DNA of 28,346 nucleotides from Tubiluchus corallicola (Eukaryota > Animalia > Priapulida): positions 1 through 28,346 of the forward strand of contig JAQGDQ010001710.1 of the NCBI GenBank assembly GCA_030141605.1, in the 5' to 3' direction. The notes under the pieces were generated by a model, which was not told the DNA's origin, did not search any database, and worked only from the letters and a program-made list of their open reading frames with translations. Below are positions 1 to 9,180 of the stretch, one piece after another (position 1 is the stretch's first letter; each line of letters starts with the position of its first letter). A program made the translations under genes and the position numbers.

Positions 1-250
1 AGATGAATTTGGAGGTTATTATCATATCGAGATTTTTACAAAGCAAAATTTTTAGATCACGTTGAGAAAAAGGTCGATATCCCGTGGTTTGGAGAGGGTT
101 TTGAAAAGAGTTTTAACAAAAAGTTATTATATAAAGAGGGTGAGCTTTGCAGAAATTTTATACTATAAGTTTTATGGATAGAAGCACCCAAATAGATTTG
201 CTACAAATTCTGTTTTTTAAACTTTATAAGTTCGTTCATACTTAAAAATA

Positions 251-532
251 GTGTTATTTATGCTAATATATATATTCCTGTTTGCTGCAGTTAGCCTTAT
301 AAAAACCCTGTTTATAATATTTATTGCCTATTATATTGTCAAATTCCTAGTGAGGTTTTTGTTAGCTGGAGTTGTTAATAAGGCAGTTAAGAAGAATGCA
401 GAGATGAGAAGCAATGGAAAAAGAGGGGCAAAAAGTGGAGATGTAACAATTGAGTATAATGATACTAAGCGCAAGTATCGCACATCTCCTAAAGAGGGTG
501 AGTATGTTGAATATGAGGAGGTTGACGAGTAG
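251..532 (+). CDS. Small membrane protein, DUF4834-like (Bacteroidota)
   Basis: Hydrophobic N-terminus, basic linker, GDVTIEY and C-terminal GEYVEYEEV motif typical of this family. Start is uncertain (GTG 251 or ATG 260). Confidence 0.7.
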   Translation: MLFMLIYIFLFAAVSLIKTLFIIFIAYYIVKFLVRFLLAGVVNKAVKKNAEMRSNGKRGAKSGDVTIEYNDTKRKYRTSPKEGEYVEYEEVDE

Positions 533-601
533 CTTTTCCATGGTGCTATAAAGCTTTGTGTATAATTGATTTGTGAGTTCAATTTGTAATTAAAAATGTA
601 A

Positions 602-2155
602 ATGAGTCTGGAAGGAGTGTTTAAAAAGATAGTTGCTCACTGCAAAGAGTATGGGTATGTGTTTCCGTCTAGTGAAATATATGATGGATTAGGGGCGGTG
701 TATGATTATGGGCAGTATGGTGTAGAGCTAAAAAACAATATAAAGAAATATTGGTGGGATTCTATGGTGCTGTTGCATGAAAATATTGTTGGGATTGATT
801 CTGCAATTTTTATGCATCCTACAATATGGAAGGCATCGGGGCATGTTGATGCTTTCAATGATCCACTTATTGATAATAAAGATTCTAAAAAGAGGTACCG
901 TGCGGATGTTTTAATAGAGGAGTGCCTAGCAAAGCTTGAGGCTAAGATTGATAAAGAGATTGATAAAGCGAGAAAGCGCTTTGGTGATGCTTTTGATAGG
1001 GAACAGTTTTGTAGCACCAACTCCAGAGTGCTAAGTGTCAGGGATAAATGGAGTGAGCTGCATAATCGTTTTTCCAAAGCGCTGAATGATAATAATCTTG
1101 ATGAGCTTAAGAAAATTATTGAGGATTATGAAATAGTATGCTCTGTATCAGGCAGTAAAAACTGGACAGAGGTTCGTCAGTTTAACCTGATGTTCGCAAC
1201 AGAGATAGGCTCGGTTAGTGACGAGGCTTCAAAGGTTTACCTTCGCCCGGAAACAGCTCAGGGTATTTTTGTTAATTATCTGAATGTTCAGAAAACGGGA
1301 AGGATGAAAATTCCATTTGGGATTGCACAGATAGGGAAGGCCTTTCGTAATGAAATAGTTGCACGTCAGTTTATATTTCGTATGCGCGAGTTTGAGCAGA
1401 TGGAGTTGCAGTTTTTTGTTGCTCCCGGGTCGGAGTTGGACTGGTTTGAGAAATGGAAAGAGGCGAGAATGAAGTGGCATATGGCTTTGGGGTTTGATAA
1501 GGAAAACTATCAGTTTCATAAGCATGAAAAGCTGGCACATTATGCTAATGCTGCTGTTGATATAGAATACAAGTTTCCATTTGGTTTCAAGGAGGTTGAG
1601 GGTATTCACTCACGCACTGATTTTGATCTTTTACAGCATCAAAAGTACTCAGGGAAGAAGATACAGTATTTTGATTCAGATACAAATAAGTCGTACGTGC
1701 CTTTTGTGGTTGAGACATCAATAGGTGTTGACAGGATGTTTTTGCAAATAATATCTGCATCATATTGCGAGGAGGATGTTGAGAGTGCCAATGGGAAAAA
1801 AGAGAGTAGGGTAGTGCTAAAGTTACCGATGGCGTTAGCGCCTGTAAAAGTAGCGGTCTTGCCTTTAGTGAAGAAGGATGGATTGCCTGATATTGCCAGA
1901 AAGATTGTTAATCAGCTAAAGTTTGATTTTAACTGCAAGTATGACGAGAAAGATTCGGTGGGTAAGCGGTATCGCAGGCAGGATGCAATAGGGACGCCAT
2001 TTTGTATTACTGTAGACCATAAAACGTTAGAGGATAGCACAGTCACAGTACGTCATCGTGATACGATGAAGCAAGAGAGAGTAAGCATATCTCAACTTTA
2101 CGAGATAATACAAAAGCAGGTAAGTATGCGCACTTTGCTTGAAAAGATTATGTAG
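602..2155 (+). CDS. glyQS: Glycine--tRNA ligase, homodimeric alpha2 type
   Basis: 517 aa with SEIYDG, WKASGHVDAF, YLRPETAQGIF, GKAFRNEI, FIFRMREFEQME motifs and a GKRYRRQDAIGTPFCITVD anticodon-binding domain. Confidence 0.97.
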   Translation: MSLEGVFKKIVAHCKEYGYVFPSSEIYDGLGAVYDYGQYGVELKNNIKKYWWDSMVLLHENIVGIDSAIFMHPTIWKASGHVDAFNDPLIDNKDSKKRYRADVLIEECLAKLEAKIDKEIDKARKRFGDAFDREQFCSTNSRVLSVRDKWSELHNRFSKALNDNNLDELKKIIEDYEIVCSVSGSKNWTEVRQFNLMFATEIGSVSDEASKVYLRPETAQGIFVNYLNVQKTGRMKIPFGIAQIGKAFRNEIVARQFIFRMREFEQMELQFFVAPGSELDWFEKWKEARMKWHMALGFDKENYQFHKHEKLAHYANAAVDIEYKFPFGFKEVEGIHSRTDFDLLQHQKYSGKKIQYFDSDTNKSYVPFVVETSIGVDRMFLQIISASYCEEDVESANGKKESRVVLKLPMALAPVKVAVLPLVKKDGLPDIARKIVNQLKFDFNCKYDEKDSVGKRYRRQDAIGTPFCITVDHKTLEDSTVTVRHRDTMKQERVSISQLYEIIQKQVSMRTLLEKIM

Positions 2156-2196
2156 CTCATTTCTTTTTATTTAAAAGGCCATTTAATTTTTGACAG

Positions 2197-3492
2197 ATGG
2201 GAATGTGTGATAAGTTAAGAAGGAAAGAGTCTGCTATTACAGTGGTTGGACTGGGGTATGTAGGGCTTCCTCTGGCTCTTGCTTTTGCAAAAAAGGTAAA
2301 AGTAGTAGGGTTTGATACAGATTTAAGTAAGCTTGAGAAACTAAACCTGGATGTTGATCCTGGCGGAGAGTTGAAATCAACAGATTTTGAAGGTTGTGAT
2401 ATATCTTTTACCTCTCGCCTTCAGGATATTGAAGGTTCTTTGTTTTATGTTATAACAGTTCCTACTCCTATTGATAAGTATAATAATCCCGATTTGACTA
2501 TATTGAAAGAAGCCAGTAGAATGGTTGGTAGTGTTATTAAGAGAGGGGAGTGTGTTGTTTTCGAATCGACGGTTTATCCAGGAGCTACCGAAGAGGATTG
2601 TCTTCCAGAGCTTGAAAGAGAGTCGGGGCTAAAAGGAGGTGTTGATTTTAAGTATGGATATTCACCAGAGAGGATAAATCCGGGAGATAGAGTGCATACA
2701 GTGGAGAATACTCTTAAGATTGTATCGGGCTGTGATGATGAAACTCTGGATGAGATTGCGGATCTTTACAGAGTGGTTGTAGAGCCTGGTGTTCATAAGG
2801 CTTCAAGTATAAGAGTAGCAGAAGCTGCAAAGGTTTTTGAAAATATTCAGCGTGATGTTAATATAGGTTTGGTGAACGAGCTTTCAAAGATACTGGAGTT
2901 GATGAATGTAAGTACATTCGATGTTCTTGAGGCTGCCGGCACAAAGTGGAATTTTCTTGATTTCCACCCTGGACTGGTTGGTGGCCACTGTATAGGGATA
3001 GATCCCTATTATCTTAAGTATAAGGCGGAGTCGCTTGGTTTTCATCCAATGATGATGTCAAGCGGGCGCCTGATTAACGATTCTATGGCATCATATATAG
3101 CGCTCAATACCGTGAAGAGGCTTATTAATCAACGACATGAAGTGAAGGGCGCAAGGGCTTTAGTGATGGGAATTACTTTCAAGGAGAATGTTCGCGATTC
3201 AAGAAATTCAAAGGCTGTAGATCTTGTCCGCCATCTTAAAGAGTTTGGGGTTATAGTCGATGTTGTTGATCCGCTGGCCAGCTATGATGAAGTGAAGTCT
3301 GCGTACGGGCTTAAGTTACAGAATAAAGTTTCAGGAAAGTATAGCGTGATCGTCATTGCGGTTCCTCACAACGAGTATAGAAATTTAGATGAAGGTTTTT
3401 TTACTGCAATCACAGAAAAAAGACCGATAATGATTGACCTAAAAGGTGTATATCGCAATAAGTTTGATATGTTCGATTATTGGAGCCTGTAA
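2197..3492 (+). CDS. Nucleotide-sugar (UDP-N-acetylhexosamine) dehydrogenase, WbpO/TviB-like
   Basis: Rossmann VVGLGYVG, ESTVYPG, SPERINPG, catalytic GGHCIG and FKENVRDSRNS motifs. Confidence 0.92.
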   Translation: MGMCDKLRRKESAITVVGLGYVGLPLALAFAKKVKVVGFDTDLSKLEKLNLDVDPGGELKSTDFEGCDISFTSRLQDIEGSLFYVITVPTPIDKYNNPDLTILKEASRMVGSVIKRGECVVFESTVYPGATEEDCLPELERESGLKGGVDFKYGYSPERINPGDRVHTVENTLKIVSGCDDETLDEIADLYRVVVEPGVHKASSIRVAEAAKVFENIQRDVNIGLVNELSKILELMNVSTFDVLEAAGTKWNFLDFHPGLVGGHCIGIDPYYLKYKAESLGFHPMMMSSGRLINDSMASYIALNTVKRLINQRHEVKGARALVMGITFKENVRDSRNSKAVDLVRHLKEFGVIVDVVDPLASYDEVKSAYGLKLQNKVSGKYSVIVIAVPHNEYRNLDEGFFTAITEKRPIMIDLKGVYRNKFDMFDYWSL

Positions 3493-3501
3493 GCTTTTTA
3501 A

Positions 3502-4782
3502 GTGAAAAAAGTTCTTGTCATAACATATTATTGGCCACCTAGTGGTGGAGCGGGTGTACAAAGATGGCTTAAGTTCACAAAGTATCTGCCTGAGTACGGA
3601 TGGGAGCCGATAGTGCTTACAGTTGACCCGCAGAAAGCTTCGTATGCGCAGATCGATGAGTCGTTATCAAAAGAGGTTTCAAAGGATTTGAAGGTGTATT
3701 ACACTAAGACTTGTGAGGTGTACTCTATTTATAAGAGGCTTTCCAGGAAGAAAGAGATACCTTTTGGTGGATTTTCAAATCAGGATAGTAGTAATCCCGA
3801 TCTTTTTCAAAAAATATCAATGTTTTTAAGGGGAAATTTCTTTTTGCCGGACCCCCGCAGAGGATGGAACAGGTATGCCCTGAGAGAAGCATGCAGGATA
3901 ATCAAAGAGAATAGTATTTCAACGGTTGTTACAACAAGCCCTCCTCATTCTACCCAGCTAATAGGGCTCAGTTTGAAGAAGAAACTGAATATTAAGTGGA
4001 TTGCAGATCTTCGCGATCCATGGTGTGATATATATTATTATCATAAGTTAAGGCAGACTAAAGTAGCTGCATGGCTGGATAGGAGAATGGAGCTTAAAGT
4101 GTTGAGAAGTGCAGATAGAGTTATCGCAATGAGTAATAGTGTTCAACAGCTATTTAGTAAAAAGCTTTCAAGTAGCAGGGGAGTGGATGTGGTTCATAAT
4201 GGATATGATAGTGATGATTTTACAGGCATAAAGAGTAGTAGTAGTTCAAATTTTTTCACAATAACATACACAGGAACCATAACCAATGAGTATGATATTT
4301 CAGGTTTTATTTCTGCAGTTACAGGTATTAGTAAAGTTCTCCCGGGCAGGGTTAAAGTACATTTCGTTGGAAATGTACCCGGAGACATGAAGAGGATGAT
4401 TTCTGACAAGCTATGCGAAAAAGGTGTTAAGTTTACGGGTTATGTTACGCATAGAAAGTCTATATCTCTCCTCTTGAAGAGTGATGTTTTACTGCTTATA
4501 ATCCCCAAGTGTAAAAATAACGCAGGGATTACTACAGGGAAGATATTTGAGTATCTGGCCGCCAAGAAACCAGTGTTATGCATAGGTCCCATACATGGAG
4601 ATGCTGCGTCAATTATCAGGGAGTGCAATTCGGGAAAGACTTTCGATTATTCAGACTCTCACGGGATGAGGAAGTATCTTATGTCTCATATTGAGCAGGA
4701 TAACCACCCCTGCTCATATTCGCCTGACAAGTATTCGAGAAAAAGCTTAACCAGTTCTCTTGCAAAACTGCTTGATATGTGA
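3502..4782 (+). CDS. Glycosyltransferase family 4 (GT-B fold)
   Basis: N-terminal KKVLVITYYWPPSGGAGVQRWLKF, TTSPPHS, WIADLRDPW and C-terminal GKIFEYLAA. GTG start. Confidence 0.9.
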   Translation: MKKVLVITYYWPPSGGAGVQRWLKFTKYLPEYGWEPIVLTVDPQKASYAQIDESLSKEVSKDLKVYYTKTCEVYSIYKRLSRKKEIPFGGFSNQDSSNPDLFQKISMFLRGNFFLPDPRRGWNRYALREACRIIKENSISTVVTTSPPHSTQLIGLSLKKKLNIKWIADLRDPWCDIYYYHKLRQTKVAAWLDRRMELKVLRSADRVIAMSNSVQQLFSKKLSSSRGVDVVHNGYDSDDFTGIKSSSSSNFFTITYTGTITNEYDISGFISAVTGISKVLPGRVKVHFVGNVPGDMKRMISDKLCEKGVKFTGYVTHRKSISLLLKSDVLLLIIPKCKNNAGITTGKIFEYLAAKKPVLCIGPIHGDAASIIRECNSGKTFDYSDSHGMRKYLMSHIEQDNHPCSYSPDKYSRKSLTSSLAKLLDM

Positions 4783-4920
4783 GCATGAGCCTTGCAATTA
4801 ATTAAATCTGCTCTGTTTTATATGTGTTTGTTAAAAAAAGGAGTACGTTAGCGGAGAGGTGCGATTGATCAATGTTTATCTTGTTATTTTGGTTTTAATT
4901 ATCACTACATTAAAGCTAAT

Positions 4921-4952
4921 TTTGGTGTCTGTTAGGAATATTAATATTTTTG
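4921..4952 (+). promoter_or_regulatory. Bacteroidota primary-sigma promoter (-33/-7) for thrS
   Basis: TTTG (4921-4924), 20-nt spacer, TATTTTTG (4945-4952). This matches the consensus TTTG-N19-21-TAnnTTTG and lies 25 nt before the first thrS ATG. Confidence 0.7.
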
Positions 4953-4977
4953 TGTTCTACAAGATAATAGAAAATTA

Positions 4978-6930
4978 ATGATGATGGTTAAGATTTCACT
5001 GCCTGATGGATCTATAAGGGAGTATAGTAGAGGTGTTACCGGATTGGAGATTGCCCGGTCAATCAGTAACAGGCTAGCAAAGGATGTTTTGTCAGTATCT
5101 GTTGATAAGGAGGTTTGGGATCTTACCAGGCCTATCAGTAAAGATGCTTCTATAAAGTTGCACACCTGGGATGATAAGGAGGGGCGTGATACTTTTTGGC
5201 ACTCCTCTGCTCACATTATGGCCGAAGCTATAGAGTTACTATATCCTGGTACAAAGTTTGGAATAGGCCCCACCATAGATAGTGGGTTTTATTATGATAT
5301 AAAACTTCCTGATGGTAAAGCACTCTCGGACAAGGATCTTTCAAAAATTGAAAAGAAAGTGATTGAGCTCGCCAGGCAGAAAAGTGATATTGAAAGAAGC
5401 GAGGTGTCTAAAGAAAGTGCTCTGAAACTGTTCACAGAAAAAGATGATGAGTATAAGCAGGAGCTAATCTCTGAGCTGGATGATGGTACTATTTCACTAT
5501 ACAAGCAAGGGAGCTTTATTGATCTTTGTCGTGGGCCACATCTTCCCAATACCGGCTACATAAAGGGTGTTAAGCTTACAAGTATTGCAGGTGCCTATTG
5601 GCGTGGAGATGAGAAGAATGAGATGCTTACAAGAGTGTATGGCATAACTTTCCCCAAGCAAAAGCTACTTGACGACTATTTGATAATACTGGAGGAGGCA
5701 CAAAAGCGCGATCATCGTAAGATTGGCAAAGAGATGGAGTTGTTTACCTTTTCGCAGGAGGTGGGTCCGGGTCTGCCTTTATGGCTGCCAAAAGGGGCTA
5801 TATTAAGAGAGCAGCTGGAAAATTTTCTGAAAAGGGTGCAGAGGCAGTTTGGGTATGAGCAGGTTATATCTCCACACATTGGGAATATAAACCTTTATAA
5901 GAAGTCAGGTCATTATCATAAGTATGGTGAGGATTCATTTCAGGCGATCAGTACTCCAACTAAGGGGGAGGAGTATTTTTTAAAGCCTATGAATTGTCCT
6001 CACCATTGCGAGATATATAAAAGTAAACCGCACTCATACAAAGCTCTCCCTGTGCGAATGGCAGAGTTTGGTACAGTGTACAGGTATGAGCAGAGTGGTG
6101 AGTTACACGGGTTGACAAGAGTAAGGTCTTTTACTCAGGATGACGCACATATTTTTTGTCGCCCGGAGCAGCTTAAAGAGGAGTTTTTAAAAGTTATTGA
6201 TATTATCTTTATAATCTTTAAAGCTCTTGATTTCAAAGAATATACTGCTCAAATTTCTCTGCGTGATCCTGTAAATAGAGAGAAGTATATTGGTTCGGAC
6301 GAAAACTGGGATAAAGCAGAGAAGGCAATAATTGAAGCGTGTGAGGAGAAGGGTCTGAAGACTGTTACGGAGATTGGGGAGGCTGCATTTTACGGTCCCA
6401 AGCTTGATTTTATGGTCAAGGATGCACTGGGAAGGAGTTGGCAGCTTGGTACTATACAGGTTGATTATAATCTACCGGAGCGATTTAGTTTAGAATATAT
6501 TGGTGCAGATGATAAGCGATATCAGCCAGTTATGATACATCGTGCGCCCTTTGGTTCAATGGAGCGTTTTTGCGCTGTACTTATAGAACATACGGCAGGG
6601 AAATTTCCTTTATGGCTGGCGCCTGAGCAGGTGGCGATTCTGCCTGTTGGTAAAAAGTTTAATGAATATGCTGAAAAAGTTTCAAATTATTTAAATATTT
6701 CCGATATTCGCGCTGTAGTAGACGAGCGTAGTGAGAAGGTGGGTAGAAAGATTAGGGATAGTGAGTTGAAAAAAGTACCTTACATGCTTATTGTTGGAGA
6801 AAAGGAACAGGAGAATGAGAGTGTTTCTGTTCGCTGTCATGGTGGTGAAGATAAAGGTCTTATGATGCTTGACGAGTTTGTTGATTTTATCTGTAGTGAG
6901 GTTCGGGAACAGCTGTCAATAATTGGTTGA
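4978..6930 (+). CDS. thrS: Threonine--tRNA ligase
   Basis: TGS domain, HSSAH and DLCRGPH editing motifs, [44 protein letters not shown]. Start is one of three tandem ATGs. Confidence 0.98.
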   Translation: MMMVKISLPDGSIREYSRGVTGLEIARSISNRLAKDVLSVSVDKEVWDLTRPISKDASIKLHTWDDKEGRDTFWHSSAHIMAEAIELLYPGTKFGIGPTIDSGFYYDIKLPDGKALSDKDLSKIEKKVIELARQKSDIERSEVSKESALKLFTEKDDEYKQELISELDDGTISLYKQGSFIDLCRGPHLPNTGYIKGVKLTSIAGAYWRGDEKNEMLTRVYGITFPKQKLLDDYLIILEEAQKRDHRKIGKEMELFTFSQEVGPGLPLWLPKGAILREQLENFLKRVQRQFGYEQVISPHIGNINLYKKSGHYHKYGEDSFQAISTPTKGEEYFLKPMNCPHHCEIYKSKPHSYKALPVRMAEFGTVYRYEQSGELHGLTRVRSFTQDDAHIFCRPEQLKEEFLKVIDIIFIIFKALDFKEYTAQISLRDPVNREKYIGSDENWDKAEKAIIEACEEKGLKTVTEIGEAAFYGPKLDFMVKDALGRSWQLGTIQVDYNLPERFSLEYIGADDKRYQPVMIHRAPFGSMERFCAVLIEHTAGKFPLWLAPEQVAILPVGKKFNEYAEKVSNYLNISDIRAVVDERSEKVGRKIRDSELKKVPYMLIVGEKEQENESVSVRCHGGEDKGLMMLDEFVDFICSEVREQLSIIG

Positions 6931-6962
6931 CGTATTTTATAATTTACCTACTAACTTAATTT

Positions 6963-6968
6963 AGGAGG
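6963..6968 (+). promoter_or_regulatory. Shine-Dalgarno-like AGGAGG upstream of infC
   Basis: AGGAGG ends 8 nt before the in-frame ATA at 6977. Confidence 0.65.
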
Positions 6969-6976
6969 ATTTAACT

Positions 6977-7531
6977 ATAGCATTAAGAAGAGGCAAAGGG
7001 CGTAGATATACCCCAAGAGATGATAAACCTAAGTTCCGAATTAATAAATATATCAGAGCTCAGGAGATACGACTGGTCGGAGACAATATAGAAAGCCCGG
7101 GCGTATATAATACTCAGGAGGCTATTAAGATAGCTGATGGGTTGGAACTTGATCTGGTAGAGGTGTCTCCTAAAGCGGAGCCACCTGTATGTCGCATTGT
7201 AGACTACCAGAAGTTTCTTTATCAGCAAAAGAAGAAACAGAAAGAGTTAAAAGCGAAAGCGACAAAAATAGTTGTAAAAGAGATACGGTTTGGCCCTAAT
7301 ACGGATGAACACGACTTCAATTTTAAGCTAAAGCATGCCCAGAAATTTCTGAATGAGGGAGCTAAGGTGAAGGCGTTTGTATTCTTTAAAGGCCGTACTA
7401 TACTGTTTAAAGAGAAAGGAGAAATATTACTTCTGCGCTTTGCACAGGAGCTGGAGGAGTTTGGAAAAGTAGAGCAAATGCCAAAGCTGGAGGGTAAAAG
7501 GATGTCAATGTTTATTTCACCTAAAAAATAA
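6977..7531 (+). CDS. infC: Translation initiation factor IF-3, non-canonical ATA start (184 aa)
   Basis: The 7142..7531 frame is open upstream: (M)[34 protein letters not shown]...[15 protein letters not shown]...KEIRFGP. It lies between thrS and rpmI, and AUN starts are an established feature of infC. Confidence 0.93.
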   Translation: MALRRGKGRRYTPRDDKPKFRINKYIRAQEIRLVGDNIESPGVYNTQEAIKIADGLELDLVEVSPKAEPPVCRIVDYQKFLYQQKKKQKELKAKATKIVVKEIRFGPNTDEHDFNFKLKHAQKFLNEGAKVKAFVFFKGRTILFKEKGEILLLRFAQELEEFGKVEQMPKLEGKRMSMFISPKK

Positions 7532-7593
7532 AGTGAGATCTTTTACAGAGGTCTCAAATGTAGTAGTTTAAATGAATAAAAGCAGAGATAGAG

Positions 7594-7791
7594 ATGCCTA
7601 AAATGAAGACAAATGCCGGAGCTAAGAAACGCTTTAAGATTACCGGTAGTGGCAAAATTAAGAGAAAGCATGCTAATAAAAGTCACATACTTACTAAGAA
7701 ATCTACAAAGCGCAAGAGAAGGCTAACACAGTGGGGAACTGTGGCAAAATCGGACGTTACTTTTGTAAAGAGACTTCTTGCTATGAAGTAG
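7594..7791 (+). CDS. rpmI: 50S ribosomal protein L35
   Basis: [27 protein letters not shown]...HILTKK; canonical operon position. Confidence 0.98.
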   Translation: MPKMKTNAGAKKRFKITGSGKIKRKHANKSHILTKKSTKRKRRLTQWGTVAKSDVTFVKRLLAMK

Positions 7792-7829
7792 CAGCTTCCT
7801 TATTAAAAGATAATTTGAAATTATTAATG

Positions 7830-7875
7830 TGGTAGTGAGCACCTAAGATTCTCCATGTAGAGAGCGCCGCTATCA
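7830..7875 (+). promoter_or_regulatory. Candidate structured RNA leader upstream of rplT
   Basis: TGGTAGTG (7830-7837) pairs with CGCTATCA (7868-7875), enclosing an inner stem TTCTC (7849-7853)/GAGAG (7860-7864). It ends 14 nt before the rplT ATG. Confidence 0.45.
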
Positions 7876-7889
7876 AAAATACAGAGAAA

Positions 7890-8234
7890 ATGCCAAAGTC
7901 AGTAAATCATGTAGCTTCAAAAGCCCGCAGGAAAAAAATATTGAAACAGACCAAAGGGTATTGGGGTACTAGAAGCAATGTCTGGACAGTTGCGAAAAAT
8001 GCATACGAGAAAGGGTTACAATATGCATATCGTGATAGAAAGAAAAAGAAAAGTACTTTTCGTGCATTGTGGATACAACGTATTAATGCCGCTGCGCGAA
8101 AGGAGGGTATGTCATACTCAGTGCTTATGGGCAAGTTAAAGGGTGCAAATGTGGAAATTAACCGCAAAGTTCTGGCGGACCTGGCTATGAACCACCCTGA
8201 AGCGTTTAGCGCGGTTGTTAATAAGGTAAAATAA
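7890..8234 (+). CDS. rplT: 50S ribosomal protein L20
   Basis: [16 protein letters not shown]...YAYRDRK...[14 protein letters not shown]...[17 protein letters not shown]; Bacteroidota-style termini. Confidence 0.98.
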   Translation: MPKSVNHVASKARRKKILKQTKGYWGTRSNVWTVAKNAYEKGLQYAYRDRKKKKSTFRALWIQRINAAARKEGMSYSVLMGKLKGANVEINRKVLADLAMNHPEAFSAVVNKVK

Positions 8235-8282
8235 GAAAAACGAATTGAGGTAAAAAGAGGATTTTTATAGCAGTATTATACT

Positions 8283-8308
8283 AAAAGCCATCTTCGCGGG
8301 TGGCTTTT
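8283..8308 (+). terminator. Intrinsic (probably bidirectional) terminator of the thrS-rplT unit
   Basis: AAAAGCCATCT-TCGC-GGGTGGCTTTT hairpin with two G-U pairs, followed by T-rich sequence, 48 nt after the rplT stop. Confidence 0.85.
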
Positions 8309-8337
8309 GTTTGAATCTCACTTTTTTGTTTAATTGG

Positions 8338-8368
8338 CCATTGTCTTCCGAGACAGAAGGATGCCAAC
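8338..8368 (+). mobile_element. 31-bp 3' tail of the RTE-type retroposon/SINE
   Basis: CCATTGTCTTCCGAGACAGAAGGATGCCAAC matches the reverse complement of 26476-26506 at 30/31 positions. Confidence 0.8.
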
Positions 8369-9100
8369 CAGTTATATTCAAGTAATCTGTCGGAAACCGT
8401 GTTGTAAATTCACAGATTTGAAAAACACATTTGACAAACACAGCTGAAATTGTTAATGCCTCCACAAGTCGTGTTGCTTTGTTATTAGCCATTTTTAGTT
8501 TAATTACCTGTCGTCATTTTAATAAAAATTTCAATTAAAAATGGCTTCCCCAATTAATCACCATGTACTTGAATGGCTTCTCCCATTCTGCATATTTTAA
8601 CTAAAATTTCACAAATTCTGAAACATGTAAAAAACCCAACAGGCTGACATGCGGATTAACAGTAAAATAGTTCGGTTAACGTTTGTTTATTCTTGTGGTT
8701 AAAGCTGCTTGCTGATTATTGTTGTTGTTTATAGCGTGGCGTGTGAGGAGCCACGATGGGCATGGCAAACTATCAAGACTTGATTTAAGGAGCAACACAT
8801 TTATTAAATATCAAACACAACACGGTAAATATAAGAGGATAGTAGTGGCAGCCCTCCGTCTCCAAGTCAGTTCCTAATCTTCCCCAAGGTGCGGGCCTCG
8901 AACACTTTTGACTAACTACCTAATGCGCCGTGAGCTTCTGCGCATGAGGGTTTCATCAGCATGAGCTAACCAGTCGGCTGATCACGTGATGTCACACCTA
9001 ACTAGGCTTCTTGTCAAGCATTTCGTCTTGAGTTATTAAGTTAAATAATTTAATCGCCCATTTCATCAAAATCATTATTTCAGACAGCCTTCCTTTATTC

Positions 9101-9180
9101 TAAAGGACAGGAAAAGGGGCACCTGAAGTAGGTTTTAGAAAAATCTCCTTAAAAAATTATATCACTTTATAGTAGTTTTA
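9101..9180 (+). repeat. Diverged interspersed repeat, second copy at ~23404-23482
   Basis: Shared TAAAGGA...GAAAAG...TGAAGTAG...AGAAAAATC.CCTTAAAAAATTATAT.ACTTT.TAG. Confidence 0.6.

Noticed and set aside
1-195. 3' end of an upstream bacterial gene
   Set aside because: Plus-strand frames open at the window edge close within ~65 nt, and the longer frame (7-168) is preceded by a stop and has no recognisable motif.
7142-7531. 129-aa IF3 starting at 7142
   Set aside because: Truncates the N-terminal domain; the frame extends to ATA 6977.
331-8167. Minus-strand ORFs in the bacterial block
   Set aside because: Antisense shadows of well-supported + strand genes.
8265-8492. 75-aa ORF crossing the junction
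   Set aside because: Runs through a terminator and a retroposon tail with no recognisable motif.
8742-8996. Possible solo LTR (TGTGA...TCACA with minus-strand AATAAA)
   Set aside because: No TSD and no second copy; the termini could be chance.
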